From: Cycloclasticus sp. symbiont of Poecilosclerida sp. N
GTDB lineage: Bacteria > Pseudomonadota > Gammaproteobacteria > Methylococcales > Cycloclasticaceae
NCBI GenBank assembly: GCA_002101205.1
Contig: LWTM01000076.1
Coordinates: forward strand, 122,810 to 186,809
Direction: 5' to 3'
Length of the DNA stretch: 64,000 nt
The notes under the pieces were generated by a model. That model was not told where the DNA came from. It did not search any database and saw only the letters and a list, made by a program, of their open reading frames with translations. This document shows positions 40,046 to 49,975 of the stretch, piece by piece; the stretch's first letter is position 1, and every line of letters starts with the position of its first letter. Made by a program: the position numbers and the translations under genes.

Positions 40046-40627
40046 ATGCCTAGAGATTATAAAAATCGCGTCGGCGGCAACACATCACGCAAAAAAAACA
40101 AAGCGTCTATTCCTGGCTATTGGTGGTTTATTACGGGCTTGTTAATCGGTGGGTTTATGATGTTCTTATCGGGCTTAGACAGCAAATCAAGACAACTAAC
40201 GCCTAGCGGAAAAACCTCCAACACAGAAACAAATGTACGTGGTGTTAAAAAACCTTCTATAGATACCACCAAGCCCATCGAAAACAAAACACCACGCTTT
40301 GATTTTTATCAAATATTACCGGAAATGGAAGTCGTTATTCCAGAACATGAAATTGAAGAACGTCGCCGCTTAGAAGGCACAGGAAAGAGCAAGTCAGGCA
40401 CCTTTATTATACAAATTGGCTCCTTTAGAAAAATACGACAAGCCGATACTGTAAAAGCTCGAATTGCTTTGCTTGGCATTGAGTCTACTGTTCAAACAGT
40501 CAACCAAAATGGCAGTATTTGGCATCGGGTTAAATCGGGCCCGTACACATCGTTTAGAACGGTGGATAAGATTCAAAACCGCCTGCACCACAACAATATA
40601 AATAGCATTGCTATCAAGTTGGAATAG
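40046..40627 (+). CDS. SPOR-domain cell-division-associated protein
   Basis: N-terminal TM helix and a C-terminal SPOR domain (FIIQIGSFRKIRQADTVKARIALLG...WHRVKSGPY). Confidence 0.7.
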   Translation: MPRDYKNRVGGNTSRKKNKASIPGYWWFITGLLIGGFMMFLSGLDSKSRQLTPSGKTSNTETNVRGVKKPSIDTTKPIENKTPRFDFYQILPEMEVVIPEHEIEERRRLEGTGKSKSGTFIIQIGSFRKIRQADTVKARIALLGIESTVQTVNQNGSIWHRVKSGPYTSFRTVDKIQNRLHHNNINSIAIKLE

Positions 40628-40689
40628 CATTCAACTACACAGCCTATACCTACACGGTATACGCTTCACCCACAGGCACTCGCATCGTT

Positions 40690-41763
40690 ATGAGCATCAG
40701 AATCCTATTTTATCGAACGCTATTTTCGCTCAGCCTACTTCTATTGGGCGTATTCGTAGTAACTTGGTTTAGCACTTTTCACCCGGCTCCCATTGAGCAA
40801 GAAAAGGTTTATTGCTCCGCCAATGCACCCGTTTTAACGCCTGGTCAAAATATCAAACTGTACAATCAAAACGTGCAATATATGGCTGGGAAAAACTACG
40901 TGTTTTTCTACGACCTACCCAATAGCTCAGGATCAGATGAGCGGCCTTCCACATCGGATATAACAAAAACACTCCATGGTTTAGCTGAACTGATTAAACA
41001 ACAAGACCCCGACATTATTTTATTACAAGAAGTAGACGACGGCGCAAAACGCACTGATCACGCAGACCAGCTAAAGCAGCTATTAAATTTACTGACAAAA
41101 GATTACGCCTGCCACGTCAGCAGTATTTATTGGAAAGCCGCTTACGTGCCTCATCCACGTATTATGGGAGCCGTTGGCACAAAACTCAGCATTATTTCAA
41201 AGTATAAAATCACCGCCGCAACGCGCGTACAGCTGAGTCTTATCCCTCATGACCCGATCAACCAACTTTTTAATTTTAAACGCGCATTACTCGACGTACG
41301 TTTGCCAGTTAAAGGCACCAAAGAGCTGGCCGTTTTAAACACCCATTTGTCCGCCTTTTCCAAAGGGACACGGACCCTACAACGGCAAATTAATCAAGTT
41401 GATGCACATTTAGACGCACTCAACATACCTTGGGTGATTGGTGGCGACTTCAATTTATTACCGCCAAATAGTTTCCTCTTTTTAGCCGATAATCAACGCT
41501 ATGAGCACGAAGAAAAATCCGTCATTACCCAGCTTTATAATAAATACCCCGCCATTCCGAGCATGGATGTTATTCAATCTACGCAACGCGAAAAATGGTT
41601 CACCTATTTCCCCAATTCCCCGACAATCAATCAACCCGACAGAACCATTGATTACTATTTCTACAGCCCAAAACTAACGCTAAAACACGCCTTTGTTGAA
41701 TCAAATAAGTCACTCACACTAAGCGACCATATGCCTATTATTGCTACCTTTAGCCTGCCATGA
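40690..41763 (+). CDS. Endonuclease/exonuclease/phosphatase (EEP) family protein
   Basis: N-terminal TM helix plus ILLQEVDDG and SDHMPIIATF motifs. Confidence 0.75.
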   Translation: MSIRILFYRTLFSLSLLLLGVFVVTWFSTFHPAPIEQEKVYCSANAPVLTPGQNIKLYNQNVQYMAGKNYVFFYDLPNSSGSDERPSTSDITKTLHGLAELIKQQDPDIILLQEVDDGAKRTDHADQLKQLLNLLTKDYACHVSSIYWKAAYVPHPRIMGAVGTKLSIISKYKITAATRVQLSLIPHDPINQLFNFKRALLDVRLPVKGTKELAVLNTHLSAFSKGTRTLQRQINQVDAHLDALNIPWVIGGDFNLLPPNSFLFLADNQRYEHEEKSVITQLYNKYPAIPSMDVIQSTQREKWFTYFPNSPTINQPDRTIDYYFYSPKLTLKHAFVESNKSLTLSDHMPIIATFSLP

Positions 41764-42083
41764 AAAAGTCTTACGCCCAACATAGAATGCGCTGTATTAA
41801 AGCTGCACAATGCTTATATTCAATATCGAAAACACGGCGGCAACTGTGAGCAAGTTCACTTAATGGGTATCTGCAGGGCACATATCTTCGCCATGCTAAT
41901 CACTCATAAAAATCACCTGTATAATCAATCCATTGCGAGCCATAAAATAGCAGAACTTATTGGCTTATCAGACTCCTACGGTTTCAAAATAACAGGCGAT
42001 AATATTAAGCAAGTATTCTGCAAAGCGAACAGAGCCACTGTTTTATCAGGCTGTTTTGCCCGAAAAAATCTAAAGGACCATTA

Positions 42084-44291
42084 ATGTCACAAACGCCCCG
42101 CTACTTTGCCAGCACAGCCAAAGGCATAGAGCTAATATTAGCTGACGAACTAGAAGCTATCGGTGCACAACAAGTCAAACCGACCGCGGGTGGCGCGTAT
42201 TTTGAAGGCGACATCGAAATGGCTTTACGCGTGTGTCTTTGGTCTCGTTTAGCGAACCGCGTACTGATGCCTTTAGCTAGCTATTCCGCGCAAACACCTG
42301 AGCAGCTTTATGCTGGGGCGCTCAAAATCGACTGGTCAAAGCATTTCGACGTATCGAAATCATTTGCTATTGACGCCTCTTTACGCCGTTCAAAAATAAC
42401 CCATTCCCGTTACGCTGAGCATATGGTCAAAGACGCCATCGTCGACCAATTCACTGAGACCGTTAATGAACGGCCCAACGTACAGCGTGAACAACCTGAC
42501 ATTCGCATCAATGCGTACATCAACGAAAACCAAGCAACCTTAAGTTTAGACCTGTCTGGCGACAGCTTGCACCGTCGTTGCTATCGCGTCGAATCGGTGG
42601 AAGCACCATTAAAGGAAAACTTAGCCGCTGCAATTTTAATTCGCGCTGGCTGGCCGAGGATTGCAGCCGATGGAGGCGCCTTGTACGACCCCATGTGTGG
42701 CTCTGGCACTTTACTGACCGAGGCCGCCATGATGGCCGCCGATATAGCACCCGGCTTATTGCGCGATTATTACGGCTTTTTAGGCTGGGCGCAGTTCAAT
42801 TCAAGCATCTGGCAACGCCTGACAAAAGAAGCCTATTGCCGCCGCGAAAAAGGCTTAGAAAAAATACCGCCTATTATGGGTTCCGACATCAGCATTAAAC
42901 ACGCAGGCATCGCCAAGGCAAATATCAAGTCGGCTAATTTAGCCGAGTATATTAAAGCGGTGAGCCTACCCTTGTCTAAAGTCATTCCTGATGCGGGCTG
43001 GAAACATGGCTTGTTTGTTGTTAACCCGCCATACGGCAAGCGGTTGGGCGATATCAAACAACTGCAATCGTTATACCAAGAAATTGGCGGCGTGTTAAAA
43101 GCGCGATTCGACCACTGGCAGGCGACTGTATTTACCGGCAATACCGATTTAGCCTTTCAAGTGGCTCTTAAATCGCACAAGTCTTATCAGTTATTTAATG
43201 GCGCCATTGCCTGCAAAGTTTTTAATTTTTCAGTCACCCCTGAACGTCACTTTGAAGGGCAGCAAGCCAGCCAGCAACAGTATATTGGCGACAGCCTGAA
43301 AAAAGCATTACTCCCTTCAACTGGTGATTGGAGCAAAGGGGCAACTATGTTTGCCAATCGTTTACGCAAGAACATCAAAAAACTAAAGTCGTGGGTGAAT
43401 AAAAACAACGTCTACTGCTACCGCATTTACGATGCCGATTTACCTGAATATGCCGTTGCTATCGATATCTATGAAGGCGAACAACGCTGGGTTCACGTGC
43501 AAGAATACGAGGCACCAAAAACGATTGACGAAGAAAAATCCATACAGCGTTTGCGCGATGCCTTAGCCGTAATATCCGATGTGTTTGGCGTGTCACAGAA
43601 TCAATTAGCTCTGAAAATTCGTCGCCGCCAAAAAGGCAGCACACAATACCAAAAGCAAGGCACCAACGGTGGGTTCCATATCATTCAAGAAGACAACGCT
43701 AAACTGCTTGTCAATTTCAAAGATTATTTAGATACTGGTTTGTTTTTAGATCACCGTCCTATTCGTCAATGGATTCATCGGCACGCAGGCGGCAAACAGT
43801 TCTTGAATTTATTCGCCTATACCGGCGCAGCGACCGTTCACGCGGCACTGGGCGGTGCAACCGCATCAATCACAGTGGACATGTCTAAAACGTATTTAGA
43901 CTGGGCAAAAAACAACTTCGAGCTAAACGGGCTAAATTTAGATAAGCACCAACTCGTTAGAGCCAATTGTATGCAATGGTTGGACAGCGCCATAAAAGAT
44001 GACAAAAAGTATGCGTTGATTTTTATAGATCCACCCACTTTTTCAAACTCTAAGTCCATGGACAGTATCTTCGATATACAGCGCGACCACGTCGAACTCA
44101 TCAATAAGTCCGCACGACTGTTAACTAAAAAAGGGACTTTAATTTTCTCAACCAATTTCAGAAAATTCAAATTAAATGAAATCGCACTGACCAACCTCAA
44201 CGTGAAAAATATCGGCAAGCAAAGCTTACCCAAAGATTTCGAACGCAAGCCGCGAATCCACTATTGCTGGGAACTGTCCATCAAAAAATAA
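42084..44291 (+). CDS. rlmL: Bifunctional 23S rRNA m2G2445/m7G2069 methyltransferase RlmKL
   Basis: 735 aa with THUMP and two methyltransferase modules (DPMCGSGT, NPPYGKRL, IFIDPPTFSNSK). Confidence 0.9.
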   Translation: MSQTPRYFASTAKGIELILADELEAIGAQQVKPTAGGAYFEGDIEMALRVCLWSRLANRVLMPLASYSAQTPEQLYAGALKIDWSKHFDVSKSFAIDASLRRSKITHSRYAEHMVKDAIVDQFTETVNERPNVQREQPDIRINAYINENQATLSLDLSGDSLHRRCYRVESVEAPLKENLAAAILIRAGWPRIAADGGALYDPMCGSGTLLTEAAMMAADIAPGLLRDYYGFLGWAQFNSSIWQRLTKEAYCRREKGLEKIPPIMGSDISIKHAGIAKANIKSANLAEYIKAVSLPLSKVIPDAGWKHGLFVVNPPYGKRLGDIKQLQSLYQEIGGVLKARFDHWQATVFTGNTDLAFQVALKSHKSYQLFNGAIACKVFNFSVTPERHFEGQQASQQQYIGDSLKKALLPSTGDWSKGATMFANRLRKNIKKLKSWVNKNNVYCYRIYDADLPEYAVAIDIYEGEQRWVHVQEYEAPKTIDEEKSIQRLRDALAVISDVFGVSQNQLALKIRRRQKGSTQYQKQGTNGGFHIIQEDNAKLLVNFKDYLDTGLFLDHRPIRQWIHRHAGGKQFLNLFAYTGAATVHAALGGATASITVDMSKTYLDWAKNNFELNGLNLDKHQLVRANCMQWLDSAIKDDKKYALIFIDPPTFSNSKSMDSIFDIQRDHVELINKSARLLTKKGTLIFSTNFRKFKLNEIALTNLNVKNIGKQSLPKDFERKPRIHYCWELSIKK

Positions 44292-44490
44292 AGCCCTTTC
44301 TTACGCCACCGATTATCGGTTTACCTCGCGCTTTAGTATTGAATATTCTTGGCTTGCCTGCCACCGACTACTAGCCTGGAAAGTGCATGAACTGATAGAA
44401 AGTAACCGACATATTGGCAGAATTGTTTTAACCATCTAAAAGCGCAACGACCTGTATAATCCACGTTTTAATCTCCACACAAGAAGAACT

Positions 44491-45354
44491 GTGATGAAGC
44501 TTGGCAACACATATCAGCTAGAAGTAATTAAAAAACTCGATTTCGGCTTCTTTTTAGACGCTAAAGAATTAGGCGAAGTTCTTTTGCCAAGCAAATACGC
44601 GCCCAACGATTTAAAAGTTGGCGCATTGATCTATGTTTTTCTGTATCTCGATTCACAAGACCGACCGATTGCCACCACGAAAACACCCAAGGCCAAGGTT
44701 GGGGAATTCGCCTATCTCAACGTTGTAGCATGCACACACGTTGGCGCATTTTTAGATTGGGGTTTGGAAAAAGACATCCTCGTTCCATTTGCCGAACAGC
44801 ATCGCCAAATGGAAGTTGATAAGGCATACATTGTTTATCTTTATCTCGATAAAAATGATGGACGCATCGTTGCATCATCAAAGCTAGATAAGTTTCTTAA
44901 TGATGAAAAACCTCACGACTTTACCCCGCAGCAGCAAGTAAACTTACTCATCGCCAGCAGCACTGATCTAGGCTTTAAAGCCATCATTAACAACAGCCAT
45001 TGGGGAGTATTGTACAAAAACGATGTGTTTCAAGCACTCCGCTTTGGGCAATCTAAAAAAGGCTTTATCAAACGCATTAGAGCCGATGGAAAAATTGATT
45101 TGACCTTGCAAGGCGGTAAAGAAACCCGCGATAAATACAACAAAATAATCCTCAACTATTTAGAAAAAAACAATGGCTTTGCGCCCGTTCACGACAAAAC
45201 AAGTCCAGAGATTATTTCCGACACTTTCGGCATGAGTAAAGCTGCTTTTAAAAGGGCTATTGGCGGCTTATACAAACAACGCATCATTACCATTTCTAAA
45301 GGCGGTATTCGTCTTGTGGAAAAGGAAGCCTTCACTTTAACCCATAAACAATAG
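44491..45354 (+). CDS. S1-like RNA-binding domain protein (CvfB/YitL family)
   Basis: 287 aa with repeated S1-like segments (GFFLDA...GEVLLP, GAFLDWGLEKDILVP) and a C-terminal wHTH-like region. Confidence 0.7.
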   Translation: MMKLGNTYQLEVIKKLDFGFFLDAKELGEVLLPSKYAPNDLKVGALIYVFLYLDSQDRPIATTKTPKAKVGEFAYLNVVACTHVGAFLDWGLEKDILVPFAEQHRQMEVDKAYIVYLYLDKNDGRIVASSKLDKFLNDEKPHDFTPQQQVNLLIASSTDLGFKAIINNSHWGVLYKNDVFQALRFGQSKKGFIKRIRADGKIDLTLQGGKETRDKYNKIILNYLEKNNGFAPVHDKTSPEIISDTFGMSKAAFKRAIGGLYKQRIITISKGGIRLVEKEAFTLTHKQ

Positions 45355-45357
45355 ACC

Positions 45358-45594
45358 ATGAGCCAAAGTAAAAAATACAGCATTGAAATTTCTAAAGAAA
45401 AAAACAGATGGAAGACTGATATTGTTCGCCGTGCCAGTGCAAAAAAGAGCATCGTTAGCAAAACACAAGATGCTTTCAAAACCAAAAAAGAGGCCACCGC
45501 TTGGGCGGAAGAACAACTCGCTTTATTTCTTGCCAAACAAGACGAACAAAATAAACGCCGCGCTAAAAAGCGAGCCGAAGCAAACGCGTTGTGA
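45358..45594 (+). CDS. Small basic hypothetical protein (DUF3622-like?)
   Basis: 78 aa, tightly spaced after the S1 gene. The family assignment is from memory only. Confidence 0.35.
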   Translation: MSQSKKYSIEISKEKNRWKTDIVRRASAKKSIVSKTQDAFKTKKEATAWAEEQLALFLAKQDEQNKRRAKKRAEANAL

Positions 45595-45606
45595 TTCACC
45601 GCAACT

Positions 45607-46020
45607 ATGCTCCGCATCTCCCAACATATCTCCATTGCCGATAACGAAATAGAGATATACGCTATTCGAGCACAAGGAGCAGGCGGACAAAATGTAAACA
45701 AAGTATCTTCAGCCATTCACCTGCGATTTGATATTAACGCGTCATCGTTGCCTGATTTTTTCAAGCAACGCTTGCTTACCCGAAAAGATCAGCGCATTAA
45801 TAAAGACGGCGTTATCATTCTCAAAGCGCAGCAATACCGCACACAAGAAAAAAACCGCATCGATGCTCTAGAGCGCCTAAGTTCTATTATAAAAAGCGCA
45901 ACCATCGTACAAAAACCACGCCGTGCCACCAAACCCAGTAAGAATGCCAAGAAAAAAAGAATGGACAGCAAAACACAGCGTGGCAAACTAAAGCAACTAC
46001 GCAATAAGAACTTAAACTAA
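45607..46020 (+). CDS. arfB: Alternative ribosome-rescue factor ArfB (peptidyl-tRNA hydrolase, YaeJ)
   Basis: GGQ motif GAGGQNVNKVSSAIHL and a basic C-terminal tail; 137 aa. Confidence 0.85.
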   Translation: MLRISQHISIADNEIEIYAIRAQGAGGQNVNKVSSAIHLRFDINASSLPDFFKQRLLTRKDQRINKDGVIILKAQQYRTQEKNRIDALERLSSIIKSATIVQKPRRATKPSKNAKKKRMDSKTQRGKLKQLRNKNLN

Positions 46021-46149
46021 CCGGACGACAAAGGAGTACACCACCTAATTGCCCACGGTGCAATTCAGAATATGCCTACGTGTTTAGTCCCGCAATTTTA
46101 TGGACTGGATTTTGTTTAAAATTACTTTCGTCTTACGCAAACAACTCAA

Positions 46150-46611
46150 GGTCTCTATTTATTATGGCTCGGCTCGAATGGCACTAATAACTGTCCGCTG
46201 GATGCTTGCTAGGTATGATTTTTGGGAGGGGTGTATTCAGCAGGTCTAATTATTTTCCCACCTGATAAAAGGTTGGTTTTTTCAGGGAAAAGAGAGCGTT
46301 CTAGGTGTCTGCGCTTTCCAAGTGGCTCCATATTTCTTACAGCGCCTATCTTTTTCTTTGAATTTGCCCAGAACAGGGATTATACGGGTAGATTTTAATG
46401 TTGCTAAATACATTTTATGCCTAAGAAAGGCATCGGGAAGCTAGGTAGCCTTAGCACTAAAATAGTAAATTTTTTCGATTGAAAAGTCTGGAGATGGTGC
46501 AAAATTTTGACAGAGAGCAGATAAATCTAACCACTTTAAATGATTTGAATTTAATGCTTTTATTGCATGCTATAGATTAAACCCATCAATGAAGAATATA
46601 AACCTTGCCAT
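46150..46611 (-). pseudogene. NYN (PIN-like) domain protein gene, with multiple stops and frameshifts
   Basis: Own translation from the ATG at 46611-46609 (preceded by AGGAAA) gives MARFIFFIDGFNL*. It continues as HAIKALNSNHLKWLDLSALCQNF...IYYFSAKAT* and RHKMYLATLKSTRIIPVLGKFKEKDRRCKKYGATW. This matches the NYN family pattern DGFNLY...KWLDL...YFTA...G.F...C..CG. Confidence 0.5.
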
Positions 46612-46814
46612 TTGTTTCCTTTTATCCTTAAATTAAAAAGCTCGCAAACCATAGCTTGCAGGCACCACTAGGATCTACCTAGTGAGATGAATCACACTGC
46701 ATGTATTAGCAATTAATAGGGATTTGTCAAGATAAGCTGTTAATCGACTTAAACACCTAACGTTTGAGTTAACCTGCCTTTTTATACAGAGCAGAGCGGC
46801 GTATAAAAAGGCAG

Positions 46815-46982
46815 GATTGGACGGCTTGTTATACTATTGAAAGAACCTTTGGGCGGTTAAAACTTCATCATGCTTTAACTAAGGCAAGAGACCTATGGAT
46901 AAAGCGTAACAAAGCCATGGCTCGACTCATTGCCATGAGTCATAACCTTAAGACTGGAATGTATATTTTTAAAAAAATATAA
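46815..46982 (+). pseudogene. C-terminal fragment of a DDE transposase (IS5/IS1182-like)
   Basis: Own translation: TIERTFGRLKLHHALTKARDLWIKRNKAMARLIAMSHNLKTG, the typical ER.FG.LK...a.NL C-terminal block. No upstream catalytic part is present. Confidence 0.5.
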
Positions 46983-47186
46983 ACCGGGAGTTAGGATGAA
47001 TATTATGGATTATGCAAGGGTCTCAATCTACGCAAAAAAGGCGTTGATTAACGAGAAGTGCTCGGGTTGCAGGCTCTGGGTTGAACGCAAGCGATGCGCT
47101 CTTGACTTTGGTGCTAAGGCCCTTTATTTGTGGTAAATGTTTTGAACTTAGCGAAGGGCTTGAAATGCTAAAGACACCCTTGTTAG

Positions 47187-48305
47187 TTAAAGTCTTTGAC
47201 CTTGACCGTCGTCATTAAGCTCCCTCGCGCGCTTTATTTCGGAGGGTATGTCGCCAGGCATTACTCCGCGGTCGTAGAGGACTAGCTCAAGGTCGCCCAC
47301 TTTCTCGAGTAAGCACTCATTTTTCTCGAGTAAGCACCCACTCTGTTTTTCAAGCGACTTGATTGTTTCAGCCTGCTCCTTCGATTTATTGAGCGCATTC
47401 TGCATAGAACCCCGTAGCTTAGTGTAAGTTTCAGCGATTACCTGCTGCCTGTGGATGAAATCTGTGACCTTGTCCGCCTTGAATACGCGCACAAGTGCAG
47501 TCTTTTTCCGGCCCATGGTGGTCTTTCCCACGACGATTTCGGCATTCACCGGCTTGAGCTGTAGCGGGCTGACTTTCATTTTGGCCCTGAGATTCTTCTC
47601 TGTGGCTTCGAGACTCGCCACTGTGGTGGTGTGATTATTTATGTCGTCCTCGAGCCTCGCCACTGTGGCCCTGTGATTATTTATCGCGCCCGCAAGTTCA
47701 CGGGGGAGGTCTTCGTGTAGTTGCTTCACCGAGCGATGTATGTGCGCACGGTCAGGTTCGCCTGCGGCCATCCTTTTTGCCTTGCTTATCCCTCGGGTGA
47801 TACCAAGATAAGCGGTGGCGTCTCCCGCTATATCCTGAAGTTCGCTGTAATTGACCCGCTCTTTGCTGTTCGGACAGCCATTGCGGTTCACGGCAGGCAT
47901 CTGGAAGTGCGCGTGTATAGCAGACTCATCTCTATGGACGACGAGTCCTGTCAGCGTGTTGTTGAATTTCTTTGCGATACTCTCCGACACGGACTGGAAC
48001 ATCTTGTCTTGTTCCTGAGGGGTCAGCCGATTTATCGTCGCTTGCGCCTGGTACCCAAATGTAATAATGCCGTTAGTGGCAACGTAGGCATTTGACCTGA
48101 TGCGACGGGTTGCGTTAGTGCGACGAATTTCACACAGCCCCTTGATTTCGCTGCCGGTGAATGGGGCAATGATAATGCTATTAGCATAGCTCAGATTAGC
48201 ATCGATGTAAGACGGCTGTTTACCTTCTCGCAGGTCGTGTTTTCTTTGGCCACTGGCGGCTGATTTAGCCGAACCTTTAATTCGGACGCTGATTGTTTTA
48301 CTCAT
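47187..48305 (-). CDS. MobV/Pre-type plasmid mobilisation relaxase (apparently intact)
   Basis: 372 aa. VVHRDESAIHAHF matches the HxDE...HxH motif of Mob_Pre relaxases, and the C-terminal half is coiled-coil-like. Two 60-nt samples counted at 60% G+C, against 43% in a sample of lon. Confidence 0.65.
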   Translation of the reverse strand: MSKTISVRIKGSAKSAASGQRKHDLREGKQPSYIDANLSYANSIIIAPFTGSEIKGLCEIRRTNATRRIRSNAYVATNGIITFGYQAQATINRLTPQEQDKMFQSVSESIAKKFNNTLTGLVVHRDESAIHAHFQMPAVNRNGCPNSKERVNYSELQDIAGDATAYLGITRGISKAKRMAAGEPDRAHIHRSVKQLHEDLPRELAGAINNHRATVARLEDDINNHTTTVASLEATEKNLRAKMKVSPLQLKPVNAEIVVGKTTMGRKKTALVRVFKADKVTDFIHRQQVIAETYTKLRGSMQNALNKSKEQAETIKSLEKQSGCLLEKNECLLEKVGDLELVLYDRGVMPGDIPSEIKRARELNDDGQGQRL

Positions 48306-48469
48306 GCTACTAGTATAGCACGGTTTGCAAATTTTTCAAGTTAATACAAAACCTACTAGCCGTAACTTTATCAAGTCATAGGTTTTGCGGAGCCAAAGAA
48401 CCTTAAGAAGGCGCTCTAAGCAGGGTCTCAATGAAGCGCAAGTAGGCCGCCGGCGCAAACAATAAATCA

Positions 48470-48960
48470 TGGTTTTCATTCGACATTGATCGTCCAACAT
48501 GCGTCGATGAAATAACCGACGATAGGAACCTTTCGAGCCAACGCTCCTAATTCAAAACAAACGCAATAGCCACACTCACACCCATGCGTTATATGCACTT
48601 GAGACAGCCGTGTATCTGAACGAGGACTCAAGTCAAAAAGCAATCAGGTTTGCGGCGGCAGTCGATACAGCGTTTTCGAGAGTAATCGAAGCCGGCTCTA
48701 ACTACGTCGGTTTTATCACCAACAATTCATTTAGCGAACACTGTTAGACTTACGTTGTAGGCGGCAGCTACGACCCCGCCGAGCTTTCTGACTACGTTAA
48801 CCTAGCGGGGGACAGGCGTAAGTCGCTCGATAACGTCGGGTCTGGGCGCAATTGCAATTTGTTTGACTCGCTTCACCTGTTCGCGCATTGATCTGTCGAT
48901 AGCTAACGGCAAGGAAGCCTCGATTGATGGCCTAATTACGCCCTTAGAGCCTTTCAGAGC
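48470..48960 (+). pseudogene. Replicase-family (PF03090-like) plasmid replication initiator gene, with a frameshift, an in-frame stop and a truncation
   Basis: Own translation: WFSFDIDRP...(frameshift)...PFEPTLLIQNKRNSHTHTHALYALETAVYLNEDSSQKAIRFAAAVDTAFSRVIEAGSNYVGFITNNSFSEHC*TYVVGGSYDPAELSDYVNL...GSGRNCNLFDSLHLFAH*. It follows the family pattern FD.D...PN...N..NGHAH...Y.g...KNP...Y.L.EL...GRN..LFD. Confidence 0.5.
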
Positions 48961-49270
48961 GACAATAACTAATTTCTAAGCCCCTTGCCTCACTAGAGGC
49001 AAAAAGGCGGTTAATGAGCTTTTGTAGCACTAAAACGAAGTGTATCACTTACCACAGGTCAAAGTGACGGCTAAGAGTGTCGGAGCAGGGTTTTGGCGTT
49101 TATACACTGGTAGCGGCAACAAATTCAAAAGCGACCTGAGTCAGAATATGAATCTCGATATTCAAGAAAACCAGGTGTTTCAGCAACAATCACAAACAAG
49201 TATCACACAGAGCGCGTTGCAAGCAATAACACATGCGATAATATTCTATCAGCGCAGGCAGGCGTTAGCG

Positions 49271-49845
49271 TCATCTATGCTTGAGATATTGCGTAACCTT
49301 AGTCCTTTTCACTAAATTTAGCTCATTGCCAGCATCATCGATAAAGACCGCCAGATTGCAAACCTCAGCACGTCCTTCAAACCAATCATGTGGCGAACCA
49401 TCTATCTGTATTAGTTTACCTCGTTGCCTGCACCGAGGCCATGATTGATGCACTGCTCCCTTTTTGACCTGCTTGTTTTTCCAGGCATCTGCACCCATCA
49501 TCCATTAACGGAAAGTCCCGACTGAAAAACAAAGACGGTGTGCTTTTGTTAGCTTTTCATGCGCAAAGGTTTGGCCAAAGTCTGAGTAATGTTACGTGAT
49601 TAAACCCAGTGCCTTGGTTTTAGTGGTGGCTGGGGTTTTGTTGTTTGAAGGGCATCCCAATGCTTTGATGCTAACCCTTTTACGGCTTCGGCATGAAGTT
49701 GCTCTATCAGCCGTCTCACTTGACGAGTGCTTAGGTCAAGGTGCTTGGCTACTTTAGTTTGGCTGATATGCTTTTTAGACAGCAGTAGTCGATCTATTTC
49801 TTTGTGGCTCATAGTAATCATCCGAGTTAATTGTTCTCTAGTCAA
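49271..49845 (-). pseudogene. ISNCY-like transposase gene, N-terminal part only, frameshifted
   Basis: HTH part LDLSTRQVRRLIEQL...GLASKH (49600-49845). After a frameshift comes GKLIQIDGSPHDWFEGRAEVCNLAVFIDDAGNEL (49271-49501). The rve core is missing. Confidence 0.5.
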
Positions 49846-49975
49846 AAGCGGACATTTTAACTTTGGAGAAACCGGAGGTTATTACTTTAGGCTTATAGCA
49901 GGGTGGGACTTTAACTTGGTTAAACGCAAAAATTAGGTTATCCTGTTGCGCAAAATAACAACGCTGATTTTCACT

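Noticed and set aside
41863-42084. A 73-aa ORF ending in TAATG at the rlmL start, considered as a possible small coupled gene.
   Set aside because: It has no recognisable motif or family and an atypical composition. It may simply be the rlmL leader and promoter region. It was left uncalled.
46996-47136. A 46-aa ORF beginning MNIMDYARVS looked like the start of a serine recombinase or resolvase.
   Set aside because: Only the YARVS pentapeptide matches and the rest does not follow the resolvase pattern.
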